Positions 54,402 through 64,000 of a DNA stretch of 64,000 bases are shown in pieces. Source of the stretch: an uncultured virus (IMG/VR IMGVR_UViG_3300011693_000001) (taxonomy: Duplodnaviria; Heunggongvirae; Uroviricota; Caudoviricetes); IMG/VR virus record IMGVR_UViG_3300011693_000001, positions 62,001-126,000 of that record, one strand, 5' to 3'. A program made the translations under genes and the position numbers. The number at the start of each line of letters is the position of its first letter. Within the stretch, counting starts at the first letter, position 1. The notes under the pieces were generated by a model, which saw only the letters and a program-made list of their open reading frames with translations, was not told where the DNA came from and did not search any database.

Positions 54402-57190
54402 TGGCTAAAAAAGACCCAACATTCGAAGAGCTTATTGCAATGGTCGATAAGCTTCCGAATGATATGCCGCAAGACTACAGTTACCGAAAGAAAGGTAAAC
54501 AGAAGAAAACAGAAGAGCGTGCTCCTGTTAAGGTAAACGCCCCTTCTGCCGTGGAGTCGAAGATTAGTGCCACAGTCAACAACCTGATGGAGACTAATAA
54601 TAAATTCCAGACTACACAGAACACAATCACTAATCAGCAGCTCGAAACCAATAAGGATCAGCTACAGGAAGATCGTAAGCAGACAGGTCTGTTGCAACAA
54701 CAGCAATCTATTTTGACTGACGTTAGCAACACGATGAGCAAGCTTTATCTGATGATGAAGCGCCAAGCCGAGAAGCTTACTCCTAAGATTCAAGAAAAAG
54801 CTCAGCGAAAAGAGCCTACTGTCAGCCCGTTGAATCAGAACCAAAACCAAAACAATGATGGTATGACTGGTTTGTTTGGCGAGCTGACAGATATGATCGG
54901 CGGTAAGAAACGCCGGCGGCCTATTAAACCTTCTCGCCAAAAGCGTGCAGATGCTCGCCGTCAGAATCGTGCAAGGGGTGGTGGTACTCCTAGTGGTAAG
55001 AATCCTTTTTCTGCAAGACTTGGCGGTCCTGCAAGCGCTAGTTTTTTCAGCAAAGTAAAAACAGCAGGCAAAGGCGCTTGGGAAGCAGTAAAGAAAACTA
55101 AAGGAAGTAAGTGGGCTAAGCTTGGCGCTGGTGCTGCCGCATCAGGTGCTGCTGTATGGGGAGGTTCCGAACTACTAAAAGGTGGTTTCGGTTCTGTAGC
55201 AGAGAAATATGAATCCGGCGGTCGTGGTGTCGGCACTATCTCTACGGGTAGAGGTGATCACGGCGGCGTTAGCTACGGTAAGCATCAGCTGTCTACCAAA
55301 TCAGGAACAATGAATACGTTCTTGAATTCGCCGGAAGCTCAACAGTTCGCTCCGTACTTTGAAGGTCTTACTCCCGGTTCCGCTGAGTTCAACTCGGTAT
55401 ATTCTAAAATCGCTAAGGATATGCCTGAGTTTGAAATTGCGCAAAAGCGTTTCATTGAGCGTACACACTATGAACCTGCGATGGAGAAGTTACAGAAGAA
55501 CGGTATCGATTTTTCTGAACGCAGTCGTGCTTTGAATGAACTTGTGTTTAGCACATCTGTTCAGTATGGTGCCAGTGGTGCTAATAGTAAGATCATGCGT
55601 GCCTTGGAGGGTCAAGATGTTTCCAAGCTTACCGATGCGCAACTGATCGAACTGATTCAAAATGACAAAGGCGCTAACGTAGGTACAGATTTCAAATCGT
55701 CATCTTATGAAGTTCAACAGAGTGTAGCCGCTCGTACTCAGAGAGAAAAAGCAGACCTGCTGGCTATGTTGCAAGCTGAAGAGGATGCAGCCAAAGGTAT
55801 TGATCGTGAATACCTAAATAGTGTTCGCGGTGATAACAAAGAAGGCGAAGTAGTAGCTGAGGTTCAACCGGCCACTATTGACGGTACTACCATAGTCTCT
55901 GCTAATGAAGCGCCTGTAGGTATTTTTCCCATCGGTGAAGTTAAACCCTCCACTGATCCTACTACAGCAGCCTTAGCTCTTGGTGGTGCTGCGGCAGTAA
56001 CAACAGGTGCCGTTGTTGCGAATAAAAGACGCGGTGCAATGCCTATCGATGGCATGAAAGGGAAAGAGGCGATTCCTGTTAAACCCTCCGTGACCGAAGG
56101 TATTAAAGGCTCAGCGGATGATGCTGTGAAAGCTGGAGCGAAAGGTGCCACGAAAGGAATGCTTAAAGGCGCTCCTGTTATCGGTACTGTGTTAACAGCA
56201 GCAGAAGCTGTTTCCATCGCAACCGACGATACCATGACTGGTAAAGAAAAAGCCCGTGCAGGCACCGGACTGGCCGGTGGTACTGCTGGCGCTATAGTCG
56301 GAGCTAAAGCCGGAGCCGTTGGTGGTGCTGCCCTCGGGACCATTATATTCCCCGGTGTTGGTACTGCTGTTGGTGGTGCAATTGGCGGTCTTGCTGGTTC
56401 TATTGGTGGTTATTTCGGCGGAGAATACATTGCTGAGGAAGGTTTCGATGTTATCGATGGAGCTGTTAGTCAGAAAGATAATGCTCCTGCTTTCGACCCA
56501 TCGGTTACGCCTCCTGTATCGTTGTTGGCTCCCGGTAAGCAAGCTGATGCTACAGTAGTTGCGGATAAACCAACCGCTACTCCTCTTGTTGCCGGAGAAA
56601 CCAAGTTACTTGTGGTTCCAGTACCTACCGCGCCAAAGGTAGAAACAAAATCTCCTGCTTCCAATATAGCTTCCGTTCCTAAAAAGACGGAGCCGGTTCT
56701 AGCAGAACAAGAACCTTTGGTTGTAAATCGTGGCAATACTCCGGTTGCGGTACAACCTGCTTCGGCAGCTAGTGTTCCAAAAGCACAAGTGGCTTCGACT
56801 CAGAAGATGATTCAGCAATCTCCGGTAGCCAGTAATGTTGCCCCGTTGATGCAATCGCCTGTTGAAGAGGTGTCACCGATATCTACACCTACTGTCAGCT
56901 TGGCGCCGAAGCATACACAGGCATCTTGGTCTTCGCTACCGCAAGCTACTCCGCAGAAAGTTGCAGAAGTATCTACGCAGCACGACACTCCAATGCAGCG
57001 GGAAGCTTTCACTTCTGTCACTCCTGTTGATGTACAGAATCCAACTAGTACCACTAGCGTTTCCGGTAATCCTCAGCGTATCCAAGGTTCAGGTGTTGCC
57101 GAGTCAAACTCGGTGCGGCCTGAATTGAAAGATGTTGCTCCGATGATAACTGATTTCGGAATCATCTTTATTAACACAGGGATTATTTAA
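54401..57190 (+). CDS. Tape-measure-like / tail lysin protein with a VgrG3-like peptidoglycan hydrolase domain
   Basis: KYESGGRG..TIS.G.GD.GGVSYG.HQL, STSVQYG; glycine-zipper segment; P/S/T-rich C-terminus. Confidence 0.75.
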   Translation: MAKKDPTFEELIAMVDKLPNDMPQDYSYRKKGKQKKTEERAPVKVNAPSAVESKISATVNNLMETNNKFQTTQNTITNQQLETNKDQLQEDRKQTGLLQQQQSILTDVSNTMSKLYLMMKRQAEKLTPKIQEKAQRKEPTVSPLNQNQNQNNDGMTGLFGELTDMIGGKKRRRPIKPSRQKRADARRQNRARGGGTPSGKNPFSARLGGPASASFFSKVKTAGKGAWEAVKKTKGSKWAKLGAGAAASGAAVWGGSELLKGGFGSVAEKYESGGRGVGTISTGRGDHGGVSYGKHQLSTKSGTMNTFLNSPEAQQFAPYFEGLTPGSAEFNSVYSKIAKDMPEFEIAQKRFIERTHYEPAMEKLQKNGIDFSERSRALNELVFSTSVQYGASGANSKIMRALEGQDVSKLTDAQLIELIQNDKGANVGTDFKSSSYEVQQSVAARTQREKADLLAMLQAEEDAAKGIDREYLNSVRGDNKEGEVVAEVQPATIDGTTIVSANEAPVGIFPIGEVKPSTDPTTAALALGGAAAVTTGAVVANKRRGAMPIDGMKGKEAIPVKPSVTEGIKGSADDAVKAGAKGATKGMLKGAPVIGTVLTAAEAVSIATDDTMTGKEKARAGTGLAGGTAGAIVGAKAGAVGGAALGTIIFPGVGTAVGGAIGGLAGSIGGYFGGEYIAEEGFDVIDGAVSQKDNAPAFDPSVTPPVSLLAPGKQADATVVADKPTATPLVAGETKLLVVPVPTAPKVETKSPASNIASVPKKTEPVLAEQEPLVVNRGNTPVAVQPASAASVPKAQVASTQKMIQQSPVASNVAPLMQSPVEEVSPISTPTVSLAPKHTQASWSSLPQATPQKVAEVSTQHDTPMQREAFTSVTPVDVQNPTSTTSVSGNPQRIQGSGVAESNSVRPELKDVAPMITDFGIIFINTGII

Positions 57191-57907
57191 ATGGCAACAA
57201 GTACCTTAAACGTTCAACGTCCTGTAGGGTCTAACCCTATAGGGCGTGTCGGCAAAGTTAAACCTCAGATTTCCGATCTTTATCAAGCTACACTGATTGT
57301 AAAGCGCGACGGGCGGAACGTCGTAAATTTAACGACTCCACTTCCCGAGAACTATCAGTTTAGTTTGGCCAGTAACTTTGACACGCCTTTTAACCAACCA
57401 TTATCCGATTTGTTTGGTCGCGCTAGTGGTGGTAAAATCAGCCAGCGTGCTTCGCAGGGTGCCACAGCTGTTACCGGTTTGACTACGCTACACAAGTATA
57501 TGTCAGCTGCTGTTTGGACGGGTGGTTCTGCTTTGCAGCTTACTATTCCATTTGTTCTTCAAGCATATGAAGACCCTAAAACAGAAGTCTTGATGCCTAT
57601 GAAGAAACTTATGCAAACTGTAGCTCCTTCTGAGACTCTAGGGATGCTTCGCGCACCCGGCCCTCATTTGTTAAATAACGGTGAAGAAGGCTTACTTGGT
57701 GGGGATGACATAACTGTAAAGATTGGAAGATTCTTTAAACTTAATCCCTGCATTATTACTAACGTCGATGAATCATTCGATACTCAATTCGATCACAATG
57801 GTGATCCTTTAGGTGTAGTGATTAACGTTAGTATCCTTAGTTACTTTACTACGACTAAGCAGGACTTGGATAACTGGTTCTTAGGTATTCCCCCGACTGC
57901 GGGTTAA
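57191..57907 (+). CDS. Baseplate / tube-initiator-like protein
   Basis: Position after the tape-measure-like gene; P...V.IG...CIITNV pattern. Confidence 0.55.
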   Translation: MATSTLNVQRPVGSNPIGRVGKVKPQISDLYQATLIVKRDGRNVVNLTTPLPENYQFSLASNFDTPFNQPLSDLFGRASGGKISQRASQGATAVTGLTTLHKYMSAAVWTGGSALQLTIPFVLQAYEDPKTEVLMPMKKLMQTVAPSETLGMLRAPGPHLLNNGEEGLLGGDDITVKIGRFFKLNPCIITNVDESFDTQFDHNGDPLGVVINVSILSYFTTTKQDLDNWFLGIPPTAG

Positions 57908-57940
57908 CGATATCTCAACAGTTATCGTGAGGCGATACAA

Positions 57941-58276
57941 ATGGCTAATGAAATAAACAAACGTCGCACCTTCGCTGTAATAGATGAGTTAGGTGTTGAC
58001 CCGCTTCGTGATAAAAGTATCGATGCCATTCTGTCAGTTGAGAACTTTACTTGGTTTCAAGTAGATCAATCATGTGAATTCAACCTGCCACTAATCGCAG
58101 ACTTGCACTATGCTGATGCAAATATGTGGTGGGTTATTCTCATCTATAACGGAATCACTGATGCTTTTTACGTTGAACGTGGAACACGGCTCCGCATGCC
58201 GGATATCGCGGAACTGACTAGTCTCCTCAGTGACGTTAATCTGAGGGTTGATAAACCTAGGATTGTTTCTATATGA
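57941..58276 (+). CDS. Baseplate wedge protein (gp53 / LysM-like)
   Basis: LIADLHY....WWVILIYNGI.D...G..LRMP. Confidence 0.8.
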   Translation: MANEINKRRTFAVIDELGVDPLRDKSIDAILSVENFTWFQVDQSCEFNLPLIADLHYADANMWWVILIYNGITDAFYVERGTRLRMPDIAELTSLLSDVNLRVDKPRIVSI

Positions 58277-60735
58277 AAGCTAACCTAACTGTTGAAGGGT
58301 TTGCCTACTTCGAAATCGATATCGAGAACTCTGGTGTTCCGCCTACGCTAAACCTTATCGATAGTGTATTCATCCATGAAGGTATTGGTATAGCTATACC
58401 TACATTGCATATGGTTTTCTATGACCAGAAAGGTACACTATCACGCGACTTGAACCTTACCAACATGACTAAAATCACGATCAGTATGGCCCGTGATCGT
58501 AACATGATGGAACGTCGTCGTTTTCGCGTATTCGGTTTTCGAAAAGAAACCACACATGCTGGCCCTAAGCTGGTTGTTGATTCTCTGTTGGATGTGCCGA
58601 AGTGGAGTACAGGTAGTTACTGTGAGCCATTTGTTGGTACTTCTGATTCTGCCATATCAGGTGCGGCTGCTGCTGCGGGTTTACGTTATGATGGTCCACG
58701 TGTTCCACCAAAGGACACTATGAACTGGCTTAACGTAAACCAGACCCGTAGTGCGTTTTCAGAAGATGTTGCTATGCGCGGTTACGTAGATGATGGTTCT
58801 GCTATGTGCCGTGTGCTTTTAGCAAATCAAACAGTTCGCTATCGTGATCTGATGGATGCTATTCAGCAAGAACCTGAGTGTGTTCTCTTGCAGAACGTTC
58901 CTGCATCTGCGGCAGGCGGTAAAAAGCCATATATGATCCGAGAGACAAAAGACAGCACAGTGAGTGGATTCTTCACGCACTATGTAAACTTCGGGTGGAA
59001 ACTGGCGCATCACAGCTTGGACAATAACGGTCAACAAGTCATTGATCGTTACCAAGCACAGTTGTTGGGAAAAGCTTTACCTATTAATGAAGAAGTTAAG
59101 GCTATGTTGGAAAATGCTCGGATCAGTTATGTTGCTGATGATCCGGGCACGATGCCTAATCCTGCTTCCAATATCCATCAGTTTTACGAAAAAGCTTTCT
59201 ACCAGAATCTTCGAGGTCTTGGTTTATTTTCTGAAAAGGTTACGGTGCTCACAGACTGGCTTACAGAAATAGACGTATTGGATTCGGTAGACTACAAGCA
59301 TCACGAGTTGCAATCTTACAACTTCATTGACCTACCTGCATTATCCGGTCGTTGGCTAGTCGCAGGTAAAACTATGTTCTTGAAACAAGGACATAAATAC
59401 AGCGAAGTGTTTGATCTTATCCGTCCGTTTATTAATGAAACAGGTTCAACTCAGATGACGGGTGGTGCGCCTGCGGGTCAACCTGCACAGCAAGCGACGG
59501 CTAACGAAGGCACTAACCTTACGGGTAATGTGCAATCTACTGTTCAGGACAACACTAGTAAAACACTCGACCAGCAAGTTGGTATTTCCGAGAAGCCGGC
59601 CGTTGTTGCAGCAACAGATACCATGAAAGCTCTACAGGAATACGATAAGGTCAATCCATCTATTCCTGTAGTTGCTGCTCCTACAGGAAACGGTAGTTAT
59701 CCGACGCAGGTTCTGCAATCGCAAGATAATCTACGGCAATCGGTAAATAGCTTAAGTGCAGCTAACCATCCAGACATGCCTGTTGTCAAAGGCGGAACCT
59801 TGGATGGTTACAAGATTATCAAGAAGATTAGTGCTCCACTTTTGGAGACACTAGCCAACATAGGTAACAACCCGCAGGAGGCTGTGTATCTCGCACAGAA
59901 TCTGAAAAATGATCAATGGGTTAAAACAGCCGCTATTGAGCGTGCAACAGCTGTGGGTTCGGATATCACTGGAATTCAACTACGCAATATCGTTTCTGCT
60001 GCAACCGGTGGCTACTATTCTCCCGGTGCTATTGTGGGTGATGTTCTTGGTGGTGGTGTTTGGAGCAGTGATCTTTCTGCTGCTGGTGTCCCTATTCCTG
60101 ATGTTGACATTCCAGTTGTCAATGAGGCTTTGGACTTTGGCGGTAAAATGCTATTCGAGGCTACAGGCGTCGGACTTAGTGGTTCAAATATCCTCATTGA
60201 TCCCTACAAAACTGCGCGTGCTGTTGAAGCGTTCGCTAGCGGGACTACACCAGAATCCTACCTAGCAACGTACGGTGTGGATGCTTTCATTCAAACCTTC
60301 GGTACTATGGCACCTGATCATGCACAAGGAGCCTTGAATAATCTAGCGTACCTAGCGCGTGATGTAATGTATCGTTATTCTCAGGATGAAGTTCTTACTG
60401 ATAGTAGCCTTACCAATTCGCAAATGATTAATGCCGGTCGAGATATTGCATTCTTGTTCGGCGATCCAAACGTGATTCCTGTCGTGGATAAAGTGGTTGA
60501 CATTGCCAACATGGCCAACTACACAGAGGTAGACACTGATAGGAAGCTCGTAACTTGGGCGCAGTATTACGCTATGGGTGCTACTGCGGCTCAATCGGTT
60601 GGAGCAGTTCAATGGAAATTCCCCTTCGACTTCCCATCTAACGCTATTACGCCTACGGGGTCTACAGGGGGTTATCCGAACTACTTCGATGATAAGACCC
60701 AAAACTGGCAAAACGCCAAAGGCAACATCGCATGA
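58273..60735 (+). CDS. Baseplate hub protein (gp27-like N-terminus) with long C-terminal extension
   Basis: Position in the baseplate cluster; LSGRWLV motif near aa 360. Confidence 0.55.
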   Translation: MKANLTVEGFAYFEIDIENSGVPPTLNLIDSVFIHEGIGIAIPTLHMVFYDQKGTLSRDLNLTNMTKITISMARDRNMMERRRFRVFGFRKETTHAGPKLVVDSLLDVPKWSTGSYCEPFVGTSDSAISGAAAAAGLRYDGPRVPPKDTMNWLNVNQTRSAFSEDVAMRGYVDDGSAMCRVLLANQTVRYRDLMDAIQQEPECVLLQNVPASAAGGKKPYMIRETKDSTVSGFFTHYVNFGWKLAHHSLDNNGQQVIDRYQAQLLGKALPINEEVKAMLENARISYVADDPGTMPNPASNIHQFYEKAFYQNLRGLGLFSEKVTVLTDWLTEIDVLDSVDYKHHELQSYNFIDLPALSGRWLVAGKTMFLKQGHKYSEVFDLIRPFINETGSTQMTGGAPAGQPAQQATANEGTNLTGNVQSTVQDNTSKTLDQQVGISEKPAVVAATDTMKALQEYDKVNPSIPVVAAPTGNGSYPTQVLQSQDNLRQSVNSLSAANHPDMPVVKGGTLDGYKIIKKISAPLLETLANIGNNPQEAVYLAQNLKNDQWVKTAAIERATAVGSDITGIQLRNIVSAATGGYYSPGAIVGDVLGGGVWSSDLSAAGVPIPDVDIPVVNEALDFGGKMLFEATGVGLSGSNILIDPYKTARAVEAFASGTTPESYLATYGVDAFIQTFGTMAPDHAQGALNNLAYLARDVMYRYSQDEVLTDSSLTNSQMINAGRDIAFLFGDPNVIPVVDKVVDIANMANYTEVDTDRKLVTWAQYYAMGATAAQSVGAVQWKFPFDFPSNAITPTGSTGGYPNYFDDKTQNWQNAKGNIA

Positions 60736-60902
60736 AAAACTATAAACTTCTGGAAGAAAAACCAGCCCCAATCTCCGAAGATGAATTGGAGAAAGCCAAG
60801 GCTGCGTTCTTTGCTTCCGGCGGGACCATACAATGTCGGCAAGAGTGTCCGGTGAAATCCCGTAAAACAAAGAAAATCGTCAGTAAGTATTTTCGTACAT
60901 AA
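60732..60902 (+). CDS. Small SutA-like (RNAP-binding domain) protein, 56 aa, absent from the ORF track
   Basis: ATGA overlap; MKNYKLLEEKPAPISEDELEKAKAAFFASGGTIQCRQECPVKSRKTKKIVSKYFRT; fills the gap between neighbouring genes. Confidence 0.65.
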   Translation: MKNYKLLEEKPAPISEDELEKAKAAFFASGGTIQCRQECPVKSRKTKKIVSKYFRT

Positions 60903-60923
60903 CACAGCACTGGAGAATATAAA

Positions 60924-62030
60924 GTGGAACGTAAACCTGATCTGATTGTTGTTCGTGGTGCAGGCGCACCTGATGCATTCGCTTCCATCGCCGTAGCTAA
61001 CGCTGTTTATGCTGCTAGCGCTGAGAATCGTGAAATCTCTTTGTTCCAAGCACGTACTGGTCGCGGTGGTCGTACCGGAGGCGCAGCCTTTGTGCAGAAC
61101 CCCAGCATGCTAGCTTATAGCGAAATGGGTAATCACTTCCGCTATGTGTTTGGTTACAACAACGCTCGTTCCTCTCAAGTCATCATGCAAGAGGCTGAGA
61201 AATCTAATCTTGTATTCTTCTTTGGCTACTGCCTTGTAGAAGAAGAAATGGAACAGCTGCTCGCCATTAACCCTAATGTGTATGTCTTTGACTATCACAG
61301 CAATCAGCTGCATCCGCGCGTTCGTAAGAATTTGCGCATGTACCAGCATGATCCTGAAAAGTGTGCCGCTCAGTTTGCTTGGGACTTTTTTGTACCAGCA
61401 TTAGCTGGACAGTATCCCCTGTTGATTAATGAAGTAGCTTACAGCATCTTCAACAACAAACTTCGTGGCCGCGAGCTTTTCTTTGGGTTGACAGCCGCTC
61501 CCTTCCAAGCAATGCATTGGGTTAAACTGCTTGGTAGTGCGATGCAAACTGAGATTCGCCACATCATCGAGCGCGGTCGCTTCTTTATCGAGTTCCACCA
61601 AGTTCTCCAGTCGCAGTATCTGGATTCGGCTACCATCGTTCGCTTCGAAGGTGGACAAGCTATCCAGAAACAAGGTTTGACGAAAAACGAACGCTCTGAC
61701 AGTACACTAGTAGTATATATGTTCCAATGCCCGCAACCGAGCGCGCATTACTTTATGCGGAACATTAAAGACCTGCCTATTGCTAAACGCAGCATCATCA
61801 TCACTTACAATCATCATATCCGCGAGCGTCTATATCATTATGCGGTTGCTAGTAACTGCGAACCGACTGCTCAGGAAATTGTTGGCCACGACGCGGATAA
61901 TGATCAATGTATTTCTCGCAATGGTGCGTTCCTCAATGGGCAAGGTTGGTTTACCACTAACGTGAAACCTACCACGCTACTTAATCATGTAGTGAATCGA
62001 ATTCCTACCCTGACAAGTGATCCTGAATAA
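60924..62030 (+). CDS. Degenerate DHH-phosphoesterase-like protein
   Basis: PDAFAS, VFDYH, KCAAQFAWDFF, PLLI; GTG start with GGAG SD. Confidence 0.55.
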   Translation: MERKPDLIVVRGAGAPDAFASIAVANAVYAASAENREISLFQARTGRGGRTGGAAFVQNPSMLAYSEMGNHFRYVFGYNNARSSQVIMQEAEKSNLVFFFGYCLVEEEMEQLLAINPNVYVFDYHSNQLHPRVRKNLRMYQHDPEKCAAQFAWDFFVPALAGQYPLLINEVAYSIFNNKLRGRELFFGLTAAPFQAMHWVKLLGSAMQTEIRHIIERGRFFIEFHQVLQSQYLDSATIVRFEGGQAIQKQGLTKNERSDSTLVVYMFQCPQPSAHYFMRNIKDLPIAKRSIIITYNHHIRERLYHYAVASNCEPTAQEIVGHDADNDQCISRNGAFLNGQGWFTTNVKPTTLLNHVVNRIPTLTSDPE

Positions 62031-62338
62031 TGCAAATACACAAACTGGCACCTACGCACATCGCTCAAGTTCTTTATTCTGCCATTCGTGCCGCCGATGA
62101 TGCTAATGAGATTATCGAGTCTATTACTCTTACGGATGATGAATTCGCACAGCTGGTAAACTGCGAAACTGTAAAGAGTACCAAGAGCAAGTGGTATGGC
62201 TCTAATGAAGGCGGCTTCGTTATGACCGATATCCTAATGCGTGATATCACCATCAGCGAAGGCGGAAAGAATCGTGTCGAGCGTCTTCCTGTTTCCTGCT
62301 ATTTCTGTGGCGTTAAAATAACTAGGGGTTCCATTTAA
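62030..62338 (+). CDS. Hypothetical protein
   Basis: TAATG coupling at both ends. Confidence 0.65.
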   Translation: MQIHKLAPTHIAQVLYSAIRAADDANEIIESITLTDDEFAQLVNCETVKSTKSKWYGSNEGGFVMTDILMRDITISEGGKNRVERLPVSCYFCGVKITRGSI

Positions 62339-63117
62339 TGTTTACTCGTGAAATGCTGATCGAAATGCTGACTATTCAGAATGAACTGAATTGCGGCATG
62401 GCTGGTACATCTTGGCTGACCTCTGATAATCGCACTCGCCCTTTCTATCGAGCCGCTTATCTGGAATCTGCTGAAGGTATCGATCACTACGGTTGGAAGT
62501 GGTGGAAGCGTTTTGATCGCTCTGCCAACATCGGCCAAGTGAAACTGGAAGTCGTGGATATGCTGCTGTTCGTTCTCAGTGACGAACTGCGTGATGTTTT
62601 CCAAGCTCAAGTTTCCGCTGCTGAAGATGAAGGCAAGAGCATCGAATGTTATGAAGATGGCATGCCTACTCAGGCGTGCGTCAATCAGATCATCGAATTG
62701 ACCGCTCAGCGTATCATCGAGAAAGGTATCATCGATCTACCGGAAAGCACGGATGAAGACCTGTTCGTTCTGGTGTCTGAGCAGTTCATCGCACAAACTA
62801 TCATCCGTCGCAGTGCAACTGTCCGTAATTGGGGCGCACTGGCGGATGCGCTTAACCTCACTCTTGAAGAAGCTGGCTTGTGGTATATCGGCAAATGCTG
62901 CTTGAACTTCCTGCGTGACGGTAACGGCCAGAAAGAAGGCACCTACGTTAAAAATTGGTGGGGTGTCGAAGACAACATTTATCTGGAGAGACTTATCAAT
63001 GCTATTCGCACTGGTAGTTATCCTATTCAAGATGGTGATCTTCGTGGAACAATCTTTGCTCATCTGCAAGAGCAATACCGTCGGCTTATGTCCGGCGAAC
63101 CTGCACTGGAAGTCTAA
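62338..63117 (+). CDS. dut: Dimeric (all-alpha) dUTPase
   Basis: Q.ELN, E.AE.IDH.GWKWWK, LEVVD, Y.GK..LN..R..G.KEGTYVK.W.G.EDN. Confidence 0.88.
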   Translation: MFTREMLIEMLTIQNELNCGMAGTSWLTSDNRTRPFYRAAYLESAEGIDHYGWKWWKRFDRSANIGQVKLEVVDMLLFVLSDELRDVFQAQVSAAEDEGKSIECYEDGMPTQACVNQIIELTAQRIIEKGIIDLPESTDEDLFVLVSEQFIAQTIIRRSATVRNWGALADALNLTLEEAGLWYIGKCCLNFLRDGNGQKEGTYVKNWWGVEDNIYLERLINAIRTGSYPIQDGDLRGTIFAHLQEQYRRLMSGEPALEV

Positions 63118-63134
63118 CTTCTGGTGATGCAGTA

Positions 63135-63173
63135 GAAAAGGGCGAGCTTCTTTACCGAGGCTACGCCCTTTTC
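63135..63173 (+). terminator. Rho-independent terminator
   Basis: GAAAAGGGCG...CGCCCTTTTC. Confidence 0.75.
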
Positions 63174-63211
63174 GCGTTTCTGCCTTACGTTCACAAACTT
63201 ATCTCAAGTTA

Positions 63212-63381
63212 AACTACGACCGGAACCCTTGAGCAGTTTCTATATACTCGGCAACTGGCGTGCGGTGATCCCTGAAGAAAAATGTTGCCTTCCGTTTCCT
63301 GTTGTGGTAAACTGGTGCCAAGGAAAACGCCGGGAGAACGGCTATATGGTTCTTCCCGTAGTTAAGGTTCCAGTCGTAGTT
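63212..63381 (+). ncRNA. Candidate multi-branched structured RNA / leader
   Basis: 16-bp closing stem (63212-27/63366-81, one mismatch) enclosing three hairpins. Confidence 0.45.
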
Positions 63382-63397
63382 AAACAACGAGGTAAGT

Positions 63398-63658
63398 ATG
63401 GCAAAAGTATCCCACGCTCTTGTTCGCCCGCTGGCTCAACTTGTCTGCGATGGTTGTCTCGACATAACCAGCTTCGTCGACGAACTCAAACGAAACAGGC
63501 TTATTGTTTCTTCCGTTGAATTGTCGACAGCTCCGTTGCTCGATCATATGTCACGCGCAGTAGAGGTGAAGCCTTATATCGTTGCCTGTATCGTGCATGA
63601 AGATGCGCCGCACTCGGAGCCTGTGTGTTACGCTCTACAAACACCGCAACCTGTTTAA
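63398..63658 (+). CDS. Hypothetical protein
   Basis: GAGGT SD. Confidence 0.55.
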   Translation: MAKVSHALVRPLAQLVCDGCLDITSFVDELKRNRLIVSSVELSTAPLLDHMSRAVEVKPYIVACIVHEDAPHSEPVCYALQTPQPV

Positions 63659-63716
63659 ACAAAATCTGAGGCCGGGCAACTGGCCTTTAACTCTCCGAAT
63701 AAGTTAAGGCGAGAAA

Positions 63717-64000
63717 ATGCTGAACCACATGATAACAGAGCCTGATATTTTCCAGAAAGCTGTTGCTCGCTCTTTGGATTACGCGGCCCAAGGATTTCCC
63801 GGTTGCGATAGTGAGCTGATCGATATCCTGCCTAAACTAAATGCGCTGCCCGGTATCGCTACGCTGTGGAGTTGTGCGAGCCATGTAGAAGTTAGCGGTT
63901 CGGATAATCAGTTCTACATCGCCGTGGCTGTAACGGAAGAAGGTATGCGCCACATGGTTAGCATATACGAGGAACTTTCTCGCATCGCGCAGCCGAAACT
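63717..64000 (+). CDS. 5' part of a hypothetical protein (LNxLPGIxTxxSCxxH motif), truncated by the window end
   Basis: Open to the window end; motif resembles TYW3-like N-terminal domains seen in phages. Confidence 0.55.
   Translation, partial: MLNHMITEPDIFQKAVARSLDYAAQGFPGCDSELIDILPKLNALPGIATLWSCASHVEVSGSDNQFYIAVAVTEEGMRHMVSIYEELSRIAQPK

Noticed and set aside
63229..63519. 96-aa ORF
   Set aside because: Non-ATG start without SD; overlaps the structured region and the better-supported ORF at 63398.
1..64000. tRNA/rRNA genes, integrase, diversity-generating retroelement, stop-codon reassignment
   Set aside because: No cloverleaf or rRNA seen by eye; no integrase or reverse-transcriptase motifs; conserved genes read intact in the standard code; fibre repeats lack the adenine-specific TR/VR pattern.

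Overview
A 64-kb segment of a large lytic myovirus (jumbo-phage-like). Gene content resembles RSL1/Lu11/PaBG-type phages, by inference: family A DNA polymerase, beta-clamp-like protein, NAD-dependent ligase and two tail-sheath paralogs. Nearly all genes are on the + strand. Layout: 0.2-17.3 kb replication and nucleotide metabolism; 17.4-30.2 kb tail sheath 1, Ig-repeat and fibre proteins; 30.2-42.5 kb ligase, glycosyltransferase, prohead-protease-like gene, Acb1-like protein and histone-like proteins; 42.6-49.9 kb head module with the major capsid protein; 49.9-60.7 kb tail sheath 2, tube, tape-measure-like and baseplate genes; 60.7-64 kb accessory genes including a dUTPase. Highlights: (1) an SF2 helicase carrying a cis intein in Walker A and fractured at DECH by a naturally split intein, whose halves are separated by an antisense Vsr-like homing endonuclease; (2) a covarying three-way-junction/pseudoknot RNA leader (CGGCCA loop plus a loop that pairs with the ribosome-binding region) found upstream of two unrelated homing endonucleases; (3) two promoter-like motifs (CTGTAAAGATA and TAATTTA) that partition by gene class and occur back-to-back in the fractured locus; (4) a small SutA-like ORF missed by the ORF track; (5) candidate anti-CBASS proteins. 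All assignments come from manual motif reading; no searches were run.
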